IMG/VR virus record: IMGVR_UViG_3300047550_001767
Coordinates: 24,674 to 88,673 of that record
DNA: 64,000 nt
Strand: one strand, 5' to 3'
DNA from: a virus
Both the position numbers and the translations under genes were made by a program. This document shows positions 40,001 through 45,630 of this stretch, piece by piece (the stretch's first letter is position 1; every line of letters begins with the position of its first letter). The notes under the pieces are model-generated. The model was given only the letters and a program-made list of their open reading frames with translations, was not told where the DNA came from and did no database searches.

Positions 40001-41725
40001 TATAATGCTTGTAGGTGTTAGGCGCAATATAGGATTGTCAGCATCACCAACATACTCAATAGTATAAAAATTATCATCAACGTTAGTGTAATAACCTTCT
40101 TCGTATAGTCCTTGATTAATATAAACTGTCATAGTTCCACTATCTGAAACTACTGGCGTATATGTATCGCCACCTAATGTTTTACTAATTGTAATCTCAT
40201 TAGTAGCAGGATTGATTCCATTTATATAATAAATTACAGGACTAAATGGTGCAGCAGTTCCGCCACCTGAAGATGGAACATTTGCACAAGTAAAAATTTT
40301 TCCTGGCTGAATGTCATATGCATTAATTGATGTGGTACTTACAGTTTGACTATTGTTAACAATATATGTTTCGACACCAGTAGTTAAACTTGCTAGTTTA
40401 TCGTAACCAATAATTGTTGTTCCGCTTGCAACACCCGCGCCAGTGATTATTTGACCAATACTAAATGCACCAGATATGACACTATGAACAATTAATTGTG
40501 TTCCTGATATTTCTGCATTTAATACAGCATTGTTAGTTACGCCGGCGTCTATCCAGTCAGTATTACCAAGTGAGTTGATGTAGTAAACTTCGCCAACTGT
40601 TAAACTAGTATCAGATATAGCATTAGCAGTATTGGCAAGGTAAGGCTCTATACCACCAAAACTTGTGCCTGTAAATGTAACGCTGTCACCTATAGTAAGG
40701 TTGGCTACGTCACTTACTGTTAAAAGCCCTGTATTTGTTATTGACGTAGCAGTGATTGTTTCTGTGCTAACTAATCCATCGTTAACATCAAATGGAGTGC
40801 TACCGTAGAATGCGCTTACATAACCTATTTCATTAACTTGACCAGTGTTATAGAATAATACTGTTCTTCCATTTAACGCAGTAACACCATCAATACTTTG
40901 TAAATCAGAAAGTCTTGCACCGTTAACCTGACTAAATGGCAAGGTTGAAATAACACCTACTGAGTTATCTCCCGGAAAGTTATATTCATTCTGTGCATCT
41001 TTCTGAGGCACATTGAAAGTTACTACGCCAGATTTTGCACCATTATTATTAACGCCATATACATCTCTCGTATATTGATTTGGTTGTGTTGGATCATATC
41101 CTGTAATTCCGGGCGCTCCTTGAATCCAAAATTCACTACTTTGATCAACAATAAAATTATATGTGCCGCCGCGCAATAATACAAGAGTCGGATTATTTGT
41201 TCCTGCTCCTGAACCAATTGCCTTAATGTTATATGCAGCAGGTAATGCAGTTACTTGATAATCGTTAACAGTATAAACCGTAGATGCTGATACAGTAACA
41301 GCCGGAGGTCCGTCTGGCAACCAATAATATTGGTTGTAGTTAATCATCATATCTAGATTTGTAAAACTATCAAAACTATAAAATTGGCTTTCAAATAAAC
41401 TAGTGTTATCCTTAGTTTGACTGCCTTGTAATGCTAATGCATCAAGTATGCCTGGGTAACTTATAAAATCTTTTGCTGTAGTTTCATTTTCTTTTAAAAA
41501 TGTTACGCCTGGCTCAAGTTGATAGTTTCTACGATTTTTTGTAGGTTCAGTTACATAATAGTCTTTAGCGTTTATACCATAACCAAATTTACTTCCTACG
41601 TAACCTTGAATTTTTTTAGTGACTGGTGGGTTTACCAACTGATCTAATGTTGCCGCCAAAAACTGACTGTTAGTTTCAGTTTGAAAAATAGGCGGTAAAA
41701 ATTCTAGTGTTCTTATTCTTGTCAT
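22016..41725 (-). CDS. Giant (6569 aa) baseplate-associated virion protein with repeated beta modules, two beta-propeller regions and CBM-like motifs
   Basis: Uninterrupted 19.7-kb ORF immediately after gp6-like wedge gene (gp7-like position). At least 12 copies of a G..G.P(I/V).F...GG...G..YY(I/V)...F.(I/V)S module, FG-GAP-like blades, SxDGxxW Asp-box repeats. Confidence 0.8.
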   Translation of the reverse strand: MTRIRTLEFLPPIFQTETNSQFLAATLDQLVNPPVTKKIQGYVGSKFGYGINAKDYYVTEPTKNRRNYQLEPGVTFLKENETTAKDFISYPGILDALALQGSQTKDNTSLFESQFYSFDSFTNLDMMINYNQYYWLPDGPPAVTVSASTVYTVNDYQVTALPAAYNIKAIGSGAGTNNPTLVLLRGGTYNFIVDQSSEFWIQGAPGITGYDPTQPNQYTRDVYGVNNNGAKSGVVTFNVPQKDAQNEYNFPGDNSVGVISTLPFSQVNGARLSDLQSIDGVTALNGRTVLFYNTGQVNEIGYVSAFYGSTPFDVNDGLVSTETITATSITNTGLLTVSDVANLTIGDSVTFTGTSFGGIEPYLANTANAISDTSLTVGEVYYINSLGNTDWIDAGVTNNAVLNAEISGTQLIVHSVISGAFSIGQIITGAGVASGTTIIGYDKLASLTTGVETYIVNNSQTVSTTSINAYDIQPGKIFTCANVPSSGGGTAAPFSPVIYYINGINPATNEITISKTLGGDTYTPVVSDSGTMTVYINQGLYEEGYYTNVDDNFYTIEYVGDADNPILRLTPTSIIPIGEKITPLYGSEYVGLHFVKNVTGVIQLLPYISAPLDTLYYQDSSVSSRVGTIKLIENNETNTINVDVDILGKQNYTAKNGVVFTNGLKVQFNGDVVPRSYLEGQYYVQGVGTERGIELINTNLLIVPEPFTTLSSIPYDSTGYDIGPYDAGLNIPSVQDYITIARNSINQNAWSRSNRWFHIQVIQATAQYNSNPSILDEFATPDNKAKRPIIEFYPNLKLFNSGSVGKQGIDFIDYRTTDAFNLVEGQQNYYPDVETYTKYTGTIYTPPNVTLEGILSNQYYQILSLGLTTPNTWIALGSEQDSDGGFEVGVEYIITDLGTLTQAEWNAIAGTTAVTYNVESIFTCAYPGAGGGGGTALKTLFKSTGTGITESQSLVAGNQYTIITLGTTQWQNIGASATPTVGEIFTATGSAFGTGTAIQGDGTAKSKTVTTISIPADDIVTGTFSQGAWINDLIINEQSRLPTGTRILSIDNNYYSYYVLTVYWPIPTDVLATISNASFVSSTKDNTDLQVFAGARIVFAGDTDSQTRNKIFVVNFNNTGSEPFPVINLTEAFDSPIVENDQFYVSRGFNYKGFSFYYDGTEYIQAQQKQIVNQAPLFDLFDENGRSYGNKAVYQSTTFKGNKLFNYKLGVGVDDTILGFPISYSSINNVGDISFQVYLNTETFDYIDNGNSITSTVKNGFVHNYLTSNEFVRLTGWQTAVAPSTQYQAFLFNYTANITPLVLTPDETFDYTFTVDIPQLNVDKTIWPSLLVYNNNEILTEGVDYTVENTSSSTIITVKLNKDVDTPIQVLILSDKTSSNAYYTIPINLSNNPFNEDPVSVDIGDIRGQYQSIFDNNPDTTGQVFGSNNYRDLGNLVPWGTKIIQNSASLVLPGAFLREPRFNLSDSLLFNSREYIKYKTLLVDAINRIANDQKFDPSLLLDEAIADITATKNQEQPFFWSDMLPNKAAYISNVYTFANDSDTSIFPLSRVYDFTSANYYGLLVYIQRTIQGVVTVKQLIIDIDYNVSTDSPSLTITKDLLRGDKVIIKEYNQTYGSYVPNTPTKLGLYPAYVPSVVLDTTYSQPTYFIQGHDGSYNKLYGDYNETLGMLIDFRDQILLEFETRIYNNLKLSRTLPFNLAETIPGYFRDTALDYAEWTSIYSKNFLDWVGQNRLDYKVQLYKSNDPYTYNYRESTLKLENSLVLQGNWRGIYTYLYDTSTPNLTPWAMIGYSNKPDWWEDRYGPAPYTSDNLLLWQDMEDGYDYNNGVPVIRTLYKRKRDGQPGLMPNPETSWPGVIPVDSDGNLRQPLDAVISNYNNLTFQRSWRVGDDAPVEYSYRKSSTYPFDLIRLQSLLKPAEFYNLGADLDNYKYNVEFDQFLVNGRTHLIPDQIQIYGNGVAKTSYINWIVDYEKQLGVDATANITKLLSNLDVRLVFRLAGFSDKTLLKFFVEKSTPDSRNSSLMIPDESYQVLLYQNVPEARIVYSGVIVQLTSTGYAVFGNNQTNAYFKILKPIVNGPKEKIDVQDAVVNVCTTYSTDEEIVPYGTIFYTITEVSQFLLSYGAYLTSKGAVFDDQVQNIVINWSQMVAEFLYWSQTGWSVGSVLTLNPAASKLTIDKESLVVEPLTYAQTNFVLNNNLYPIQNKDLNIVRDSNKFSVTALNAGDAISYGQFNLSNIEHGIVFQNTTLFNDVIYNLVSGLKQNRIYVRGTKSAEWNGTMFASGFIYNQDNVEQWNPEVKYTRGSVVKYKNKFFTALTIVQPGKEFKQNEWRVTDYDELQKGLLPNSSTRSYESTLYYNADEANLENDADLLSFSLIGFRPREYMASADLTDITQVNVYKNLIKQKGTLNAMKAFKGANLPQGGIDYDVYENWAILQGTFGGVLNANFLELKLYENLLTGNPAIIGLTDGNNVEGAQQLTPLYSLFNYGRPLDSAYVLPLLPKDTPNQVYPNAGYVNLDDVKMSAYFYSNLPTAVNKNNIIVPIGNLYVGDYVWLADYQSSWQILTPTSIGQVVQVRSNINNTCVVTFNKNHNLTQYDIFSIINFDSSVNGYYVATQIINPREVLINLTLPNSTTILTGQGIGLKFATQRVAQPSDIQNLPLQNSQFVKNTVWVDTNTDGDWAVYRKNIAYKFDVEFARTNSIEFGTSVAYTKLSDYLIGDAPLGKVIRYQYDSFTETYEEDQTLTNDVSFGSSITHEQNIYAISQPTTNPTVFLYTVNNTTVSDNIIPYQTITAASNVATSGSTNFGSATALSGDLNWLFISDYNEATPTARNKVHVYHRNNTLTSAGSFTIGATYQITSIGTTDFTTVGAVSNEVGIYFIAEGVGSGDGIATQCDYQYCKTINSGSTSPDLYGQSIATNYYGTTLVVGAPHVDTDIVENYGNAYVYDRLVQNIEINQAYNSLEPAAFNLAWTPNSTFTTVTKNGIVVDSSNYSFVGSILEYSGEFQYGDIITVSGDEFVLIQTFTNQQTPRTGVKFGYSLDTNTFGTEILIGAPFYLDSQNIEGGVFRYTYGSARFGYIVGDTDVDVTTTRQLLINGYLVEILAGDADQAAAVINSAKITNIVASAVDGKLMIGLANQDIANVNQELLLSAPDPDTFTELGLEVYKLTQIIQNPNQAGASQFGTTVKFNEHNSVAVSAPVATRYALTTFDFTDDANYNNDTIFDNNSTQFLDSFNNAGAVYTFDYLGNFHESLTNIGAYTFAQSVNSQSLVYGSQPKYGFAIDWHDNKIIVGSPYFSQTLFDGQVIIYKNVTGTNNWVVHRQSNPIVDINKVENIQIFSAETNNTLINLDYIDPLQGKILGAVRQNLDIVGNTDPASYNNVANIRGIVWGSAQVGTIWFDTSNIRYLNYHQNDNVYNSRYWGQLFPGSDVAVYTWIGSSVPPLQYQGAGIPKDVTAYTVQTVINSSNTVTPVYFFWVRNSGIIFGNKTLADVSIAGYIANPQSSGISYFAPLAQDTFAIYNCKPYINANDSVLHIGYVTGQQDNPGHSQYDLIRTNYADDFLPGVPGSFNITQPESLYDRLLDSMAGVDEGGATVPNPFLPKAVQSGILARPRQSFFYNRFKAMQNYLQYANSIMKIYPIAEMRTFNYLNKEGTYYNTTNYWKYVNWWAPGYDDSTKPVLQVQIYADLSTLNVANGTIVNVAMNNKGSTETYRYDSIENYQGNYLSRSSYLAKKVVTYNYTNYISLKDVPPNVFPTDVNYWEPYTGVIGSWVRIGVENGTIQFNSDLFDYQAAGYGFGGTFYDTDSYDIYPSEETRWIMRALNEQIYTNELLIFRNKSLILLFEYIQEETVENQNYLPWLNKTSLVDVSHKVRELKELENFVSDNEQFLEGYVNETKPYHVVVKEFLFDYTGTNVYPGTLTDFDLPAVWDSTINKFVSPQLVYQQVNNDYEFLPDSPVWQEQEYSEWYNNYGLSLAGQDNYPISTIKTYVTTISEVIFVSNIESFPANGTITIGEENISYASVDRLSGYITGLTRGVNQTVVTNHLPGAQIFINLPGVVLLETGRNYANPPRVLAQIDLGQYPAPKVEAVLEAEMSAGSVIGINIIDPGQGYAITPEIVIDPSDSFEFNSSNVNILTNTIEIYAPVLATGDLVRYIEGNINIGGLSNKEYYYINVLDSNPTTILALYNSYSDSINDTNRVKLLSQGSGTQKFDIGARAIPITSSSPVRENNITIRFDRTSYTSQITDWTPNTFYGSEFVGYYLNSSSTSLSLASVQPDINILQASAEGTVFPIFNVSNDRQLDWSSFERTGNSIGANNNITLSYTSSIDDLYPSGSTVGFTIGMPVKFTGNVGTNITAGVTYYVSEIDDLNSFKISETELGPTKVLAPNANVSLTCYTAKVTDTAIITTEYNGIREITGTSASNNTVTIPLTEISSAGTTGMYQKLPVTFSGTLGGGLEDGRVYYVLSLLGSESFSVSENDTPITVIVTSTNLANQLFVQNTNGLAIDDPIVFDSISINGSSSNTFGNIEKQKIYYILTIGVNEITISETKGGPVFTTGVVTESSGNYCYITSQTTAKTLTNSSFNGTVTLSLPVSPGQVNGQQLTFYPTSQNFANITGANLVYGNLIQTNINAALASTNIISVESIKGMYTNFPFTVDANISTLQTGKTYYAYDVSKIQVYIKTTTAETTSFEATFTGDEMNVTSITGGTPTLYPGSLITGTGVEENTYIVSYGTGSGGVGTYTVNKIYFVPVTTTDAESQSGVLTLADDYTTDMIYEGMPIKFSGAVVFGNLVPNFTYYVRYIINSTTFTVSEVLMEGATVTTIGNGNMLGTGSNSAKVYLPVGTLIDGDQYEIKNLGTTDEATWQSLGATYVLYGGGVGTTASVVAGNYYIINDTNTTSNLFWSVVAGTNVTVAQNDIIYAEVSSTMSSVLDGTAFKIDFTCTSSPQTGNGQATVVLTDDISTVKLNQEIIQSPTFDVGYVLGGYNVIINDGGLGFTQNNTITIPGTALGGLTPDNDLILTVSRINALVSGTYSWSLPEESNGIITKVIASGTPIGLTSNYFVKVDGENTFKLYSDPLLTIPVSGLTLPYEGITQTTIANVVSSTNDINLYDATNLDINDAIVFTELNDSGFTIEEGSKYYIVYKSGNTIRVSDNPGGSVISISSVTIPVSGSYLPGEGPVVAKAGSFALLSEPFYFNPSIVKYNNRVWMCIVSNNDSEFMFGKWEELNSGNRKLNALDRAVGWYRPTVNMPGLDLPQLFTGLTYPNATYKGNKFEPDQQFALDTQLVDRPFDITHINIPKVVFNGTNYIGPINTPAYSGMVADLEVTDDWAISVLANQTLDFTDIIKVQNLYVVTSTNKPTPILISSDQVNWNTNGYIVPLGTPANSIEFDKVRLIASGLELNSVVYHNNLYVAAGNKVVTSANGTLWFERGVLASTQELFDVQYVTSADFDGYITVGKNGAAGLILISEDGLNWENTTPSGIVYSWYAATSGFNNIYVVGNFNIIAKSTDGINWIQVNTPTSGRLNDILFADNTLVAVGENGLLLVSTDGNTFVQKTTGTTETLNGISYVSEKGEWTIVGNNNTVLQTTNITAPTITWDNTQIFTGPQPKYTVVGDPFQAGYGPEEMVPGNVDDNVTIIVNTRAGTNWPAVEYAHVGYDVVSTIYDLNTENEYTFANIVQTPAYISVFKVTDGVGISLYDTLDYTVDWVNKTVTLNDILLAGEQLRIDVYQVGNGDQLVKSSTDEDPIELNEVTGFSEIALDCNYTRLDFNGNGIVQPDSYPISVEATETDSGNDYIICTDISQFTVNDEITFVGAVFGGVVANVPYYVKSINEVRKAITISDTLISGVAGPTFDLSTDTGSMIVVIQKTSGQFYTEPAVFCNGIKLNSGLTNYVISTKSSNNSIVTFSTSGLIVDQPIVFSNTIFGGITHGETYYIHEILSATEFTIEDQYGNVVVLTNGSGTAIFITNDYAAMLADNQINAKIVFAKDYDIAGDYISYSFFGKTEPLQYGYTLPQTQTFNGDGTQGPYTLDNFIGGDNPQNAIVEINGLRLTPDQYGINFAGQEITFVSISPNITDNIAVTTFNDTERQYLFTNTFTNNTTSAITSINTLASPVVVTTSTNHNLVNNDVIRIDGCVGATQLNNDRFIVQKLTNTTIALYEYIPGQTYNTSAPIQYIDTYISGGYVWIDTTYIIENMYVTSSGYNALTEQWTLNVSEVDGLVAGTPVYFTEDNIELGDPTSVPQVIAGQKYYIKGINEFTNEFTISATLDGAALTLSSQALINIRVTQWEQTNTDRLWVTVAGKRVNSNNLVIYEGNQIGILTEISSSDEVVITSMMPSATPNAQTYINIVDKDNQGKVYRANTDTRTWLADTVGEYDTNIVVHDVTKLVDTTTQNNTTPAAVLGYHSIGLLVKRFDILQVRVFNNNPARLGYIDQDYLKLEVFGIGPYISIESGSWIETGDELTIIILEGKTLYVKGEYMNIINVDLNNHIINVQRGAQGSPVNSIIPKYTTIYGLLTANKMSNTYYNQTWNPIPGVYNTTKGDPLQIASGIAPDFLNMDVT

Positions 41726-41726
41726 T

Positions 41727-44700
41727 TTATGCTACTTGTAATTCATCTGGTGTAAGTGCTGCTATCACACGAATATCACTTGCTGTGGCTGCATTAACGA
41801 AAATTTCATAAGGTCTACATTTAATTTCATAAAGAGTACCAAAAGTTTCAGTTGGATCATTTGGTACTAATACTGCTGAACTTATAAGTGTCCCTAATTC
41901 ATTATGTAGATATGCGCTCAATTCGCTGAAATAAAATGTGTCACCGAAATTCCAATTATTAATATTAAAATAATCATTCATAGACGATAGCACCGCACTT
42001 CTAATTTCACTGTCGCTTGCTGTTGTATCACTATTTTTAATAACTTTAATTGTTGCTCTTAATGCACTTGATGCTTTAGGACCAAATAAAGGTTTAAATA
42101 AAACACTATTTAAGACTACGCTATCACTTAACATTTTATAATCTTGAACTTTTCCATAAGATGCTTGTAATTCAGTAATTGTTGGTCTTGATGGTTCTGG
42201 CACAGTATTAGTCGTGTCCTGAATATAATTTTGATAGGCAGTGTAATATGCTTGCGTTACAACATACAGATCAATAATATTTGTTGTTGCCGGATCAATT
42301 CTTGTAGTATTATTACTATTATGGCGATACTGATATTGTAGTCCTTGACGTCCTGATTGTACAGAATAATCAGATAACTCAACTAGATTGTATACAGTTT
42401 CGGTAGTTGAAATGTCTTGTACAGTTTGAAAAAATTTGTTATCTGTATAGGCATAAAAAATTTGACCTACTGGATAATCATATTTGATAACTTCAATTTG
42501 ATTTTTTATAGCAAATGTATAAACTATATCAGTAGAAGGAATTAACTGCAATCTTGTTAAATTAATAGCATCTTGTACCAATCTAAAAAATACATATTTT
42601 CCTATATTACTACTATTAGGTACTACGCCTGTAATTTCTGTAAAGAAATCTGGATTTACAACTAGTAAATTATTGTTTACGTCAGTACTTGCTACTTCTA
42701 CTTCAAAATCATTTACATACCCATCGCTTTGTACTGTTTGTCCTATAATATTAATTTTTTGATTTTTGCCTAACGCAGCAGTAGAATTGGGTTGACTGTT
42801 TACGGATAATACATTGATAAAGTCTTGTAAGATTTTTCCGCTAAAAGGGTCATACACTAATTCATTTAGTGCATATGTAAATCTTGTTTCATCTACGCTA
42901 CCAAAATAATAACGCAATGAACGGTATGAAACTGTGTAAGTATTGTCTGCAATATTATCAAAAATTACAAACCAATCACTTGGTATAGTTGTTGTATAAG
43001 GAGTTATGCTCCAACGTCCAGGCACTATTGAGTTATCATAACTCAATACAAAATCTTGTTGTAATTCTATTCTTAAAATTGCTTCTTGTATAATGCTAAT
43101 AGGAAGCACATTGTTCCAGGCTGGAATAACAGTTGTTAATATTGCGCCATTAGGCACATATCCATTTAATGTTACAGGTCCAGTTCCATTGCTGAAATTG
43201 CCTTGTCCAGTATTGCTTCCGTCACCCACTACATTAAGCACAGTAGTCCAAATAAATGTACTGTCACTTGCGCCAGGAATACCGCTTACCAATCTATTAT
43301 TTTGATCAAAGTAACTGCCCGGGGGTGCAATAAATTTTAACAATGCTCCTTTAGTAATGTATTTGGCATTATTACTACTAAATTCTCCTAAAAAGATTGG
43401 AGTTACTATAGTATTATCTAAAATATAGAAATAACCATTTACATCATTTCCATTAACATTACTTGTGTTATAGTAAGTGCTATCAACACCTGTAGAGAAA
43501 GTATAACGTTGATATAAATTTCCTGCGGCAGTTTGGTTTATATAATATTGAACAACTCTATTTGTTAATAAAATGGTTGCTAGATCATCACTAAAGAATG
43601 AAATTACGCTACTTGTATTTGTAACATTAAGTGTGGCATAACCTAAATTATTATTGTTCCATAAACCACCATCGCTACCGATACTGTTAATGCTACTATA
43701 CTTGCCTGTAGGATCAAGTAAGTCTAAATTTTTACTGACACCGATACTGCTGCGATTGATTGCTTTTGATTTAATAATTGAACTGTATAATGTATATGGA
43801 AAATTGTTATAATCTTCACCATTAACCATACGATTTTGTGTATAGTAACGGGTTGGTGCACGTTGTTTAATACTTGGAATGCTTTCACGTGCCTGTGCAT
43901 TTGAAACAGGTACAGTTAATTCAAGTCCTAATGTTAAAGTTTCCACTGTGCCTAAACGTGTAATATATGTAAATGCAACACTTATGCCTTGCATTTCATT
44001 TTGATCTATAGTATATGTTAATCCGTTACTTGCACGAACATAAGCACGGAAAGTTCCTACTGGTATATTACTAAACACGCCGTCGCCAAACACATAAGTT
44101 ACTTGGTCATTAAAACGTGAATTTACACTAAAAATATTTTTCTTGCTGCTTTCAGTTTGTAGGTATGCGTTAGAATATACGTTGTCTACTTTTTCCCATA
44201 AAATGCGTGTGTTATTATTTGTATTAAGTTGGTATAACCATGTGTCTGTATTATTAATACCTTGAACATCAATATTAACTGTTTGATTAGAAATTTCTTG
44301 TTCTAACACAAAATCGTAATTAGTTAAATTACCCTGTTTAAAGTAAAAGAAATATCCTGTATTAGAACTTGCAAATCCTAATTTATCATTTCTATACAAC
44401 ATGTTAAACGTGCCTGTTGGCGCAGGTGGTAACTCATAAAGATAATCTTCATCTACACTTGTTACAGACACTAATTCAAATTGCATTGCTGTGCCATTAA
44501 TTGTACTTGTAAAAGGCACTATAGGCAAACTTGTTTGAGGTAATTGTAAACTATATTCAGCAGTAGTAACTCCTAATATATCGCTTATATTACCTGGCTT
44601 ACCTATTTTCTGTGATGATATTAATGCGGAATTAATAATTGTATTATATTGTTCAAACCAAAACGGATTTGCTGGATCATTCCATAAAATAGGTACGTTA

Positions 44701-45113
44701 CTTAAATTTACACCATTTAAATCAGTAATACTCTGACTTGTTTGTATACTTGTTACCTTAAGTAATCCTTCTGCGCATAGGTTACGTTTTGGCGTATAAC
44801 TTACTAAGTTTGCTAACTTTACAACGCTGTCACGGCGTTCAGCGGTATCTAAAAAGTTTTCACGGGCATTCAAGTCATTTCTAAACGCTAGACCTTGACC
44901 CATGAATGCCATGACATCAAGTAGTGCTATGAACTCACTAGACTCAATGTAATCATTATATGTTTCAGGATAATATACACGCAGGTAATCTATAAAACTC
45001 TTACGTAATGTTTCGTAATCGTAACTGCGGAAATCAGCCTCACGAAAGGTTTGGTAGATAGCCTTCCAATCGTTTATGCCAAATAAAGCCGCTTGTCTGG
45101 AACTTTTAGCCAT
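41727..45113 (-). CDS. gp6: Baseplate wedge subunit (T4 gp6-like, extended)
   Basis: DF.SYD...LR...YLR..YPE.YND..ESS...LLD.MA...NARENFLDTAERRDSV..LA, then ES..SIK.RAP..Y.TQNRMV..EDY. Follows gp25. Confidence 0.85.
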   Translation of the reverse strand: MAKSSRQAALFGINDWKAIYQTFREADFRSYDYETLRKSFIDYLRVYYPETYNDYIESSEFIALLDVMAFMGQGLAFRNDLNARENFLDTAERRDSVVKLANLVSYTPKRNLCAEGLLKVTSIQTSQSITDLNGVNLSNVPILWNDPANPFWFEQYNTIINSALISSQKIGKPGNISDILGVTTAEYSLQLPQTSLPIVPFTSTINGTAMQFELVSVTSVDEDYLYELPPAPTGTFNMLYRNDKLGFASSNTGYFFYFKQGNLTNYDFVLEQEISNQTVNIDVQGINNTDTWLYQLNTNNNTRILWEKVDNVYSNAYLQTESSKKNIFSVNSRFNDQVTYVFGDGVFSNIPVGTFRAYVRASNGLTYTIDQNEMQGISVAFTYITRLGTVETLTLGLELTVPVSNAQARESIPSIKQRAPTRYYTQNRMVNGEDYNNFPYTLYSSIIKSKAINRSSIGVSKNLDLLDPTGKYSSINSIGSDGGLWNNNNLGYATLNVTNTSSVISFFSDDLATILLTNRVVQYYINQTAAGNLYQRYTFSTGVDSTYYNTSNVNGNDVNGYFYILDNTIVTPIFLGEFSSNNAKYITKGALLKFIAPPGSYFDQNNRLVSGIPGASDSTFIWTTVLNVVGDGSNTGQGNFSNGTGPVTLNGYVPNGAILTTVIPAWNNVLPISIIQEAILRIELQQDFVLSYDNSIVPGRWSITPYTTTIPSDWFVIFDNIADNTYTVSYRSLRYYFGSVDETRFTYALNELVYDPFSGKILQDFINVLSVNSQPNSTAALGKNQKINIIGQTVQSDGYVNDFEVEVASTDVNNNLLVVNPDFFTEITGVVPNSSNIGKYVFFRLVQDAINLTRLQLIPSTDIVYTFAIKNQIEVIKYDYPVGQIFYAYTDNKFFQTVQDISTTETVYNLVELSDYSVQSGRQGLQYQYRHNSNNTTRIDPATTNIIDLYVVTQAYYTAYQNYIQDTTNTVPEPSRPTITELQASYGKVQDYKMLSDSVVLNSVLFKPLFGPKASSALRATIKVIKNSDTTASDSEIRSAVLSSMNDYFNINNWNFGDTFYFSELSAYLHNELGTLISSAVLVPNDPTETFGTLYEIKCRPYEIFVNAATASDIRVIAALTPDELQVA

Positions 45114-45131
45114 AAATTATCTCTGAAACAT

Positions 45132-45139
45132 TATTTATC
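45132..45139 (-). promoter_or_regulatory. Putative late promoter GATAAATA
   Basis: Upstream of gp6-like start (45113). Confidence 0.6.
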
Positions 45140-45143
45140 AATA

Positions 45144-45164
45144 CTTAAAAACCGAGTTTTTAAG
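45144..45164. other. Perfect 9-bp inverted repeat CTTAAAAAC-CGA-GTTTTTAAG
   Basis: Seen directly between the gp25 stop and the GATAAATA of gp6; function unknown (terminator, processing site or promoter element). Confidence 0.5.
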
Positions 45165-45165
45165 A

Positions 45166-45615
45166 TTATTGGACACTAGCAGTATTAGTTAATGCATCAA
45201 AAAACACATTAAGAATAAGTGCTTGATTAAATGGGGCTATGGCCAACTGAACTTCTAATAGTATGCCGTGTTCTTTAGGATATCCTTTAACATAATCTAA
45301 TATTATTCTAGGATCCAAACTTGCTACCCTTCTTATTTCACGTTCAATAGCAAACTGAGTGTCAGGGGTATTAGGTTCGAACACAAAATCCCATAATGTA
45401 GTTCCGTATTGAGGTTGTCCTACTTTTTGTCCTTGCTCTATATTAAGTGCATTAATAAAATCCTGTACAACCAACGGGGCATCATTTAAACTATATTTTT
45501 TTCCTGTACGTACAGGATTAACTATGCTACCGACCCCTCCATCTATGCCGCCCATAGCGTTGGTTGTTTTAGGTTTATTCGCATTAATTGTACTAAATCC
45601 AATATATTGTGGCAT
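45166..45615 (-). CDS. gp25: Baseplate wedge protein gp25-like (GPW/gp25 family)
   Basis: QD..N.L.I.QG.K...P.YGT.LWD.VFEP...I..V...DPR pattern. Confidence 0.88.
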   Translation of the reverse strand: MPQYIGFSTINANKPKTTNAMGGIDGGVGSIVNPVRTGKKYSLNDAPLVVQDFINALNIEQGQKVGQPQYGTTLWDFVFEPNTPDTQFAIEREIRRVASLDPRIILDYVKGYPKEHGILLEVQLAIAPFNQALILNVFFDALTNTASVQ

Positions 45616-45630
45616 AATTTTATTTATGTA

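Noticed and set aside
22016-41725. Giant ORF as an assembly artefact or DNA tandem repeat
   Set aside because: Repeats are diverged at the protein level with no long identical DNA copies noticed, and the frame is uninterrupted with coupled neighbours at both ends.
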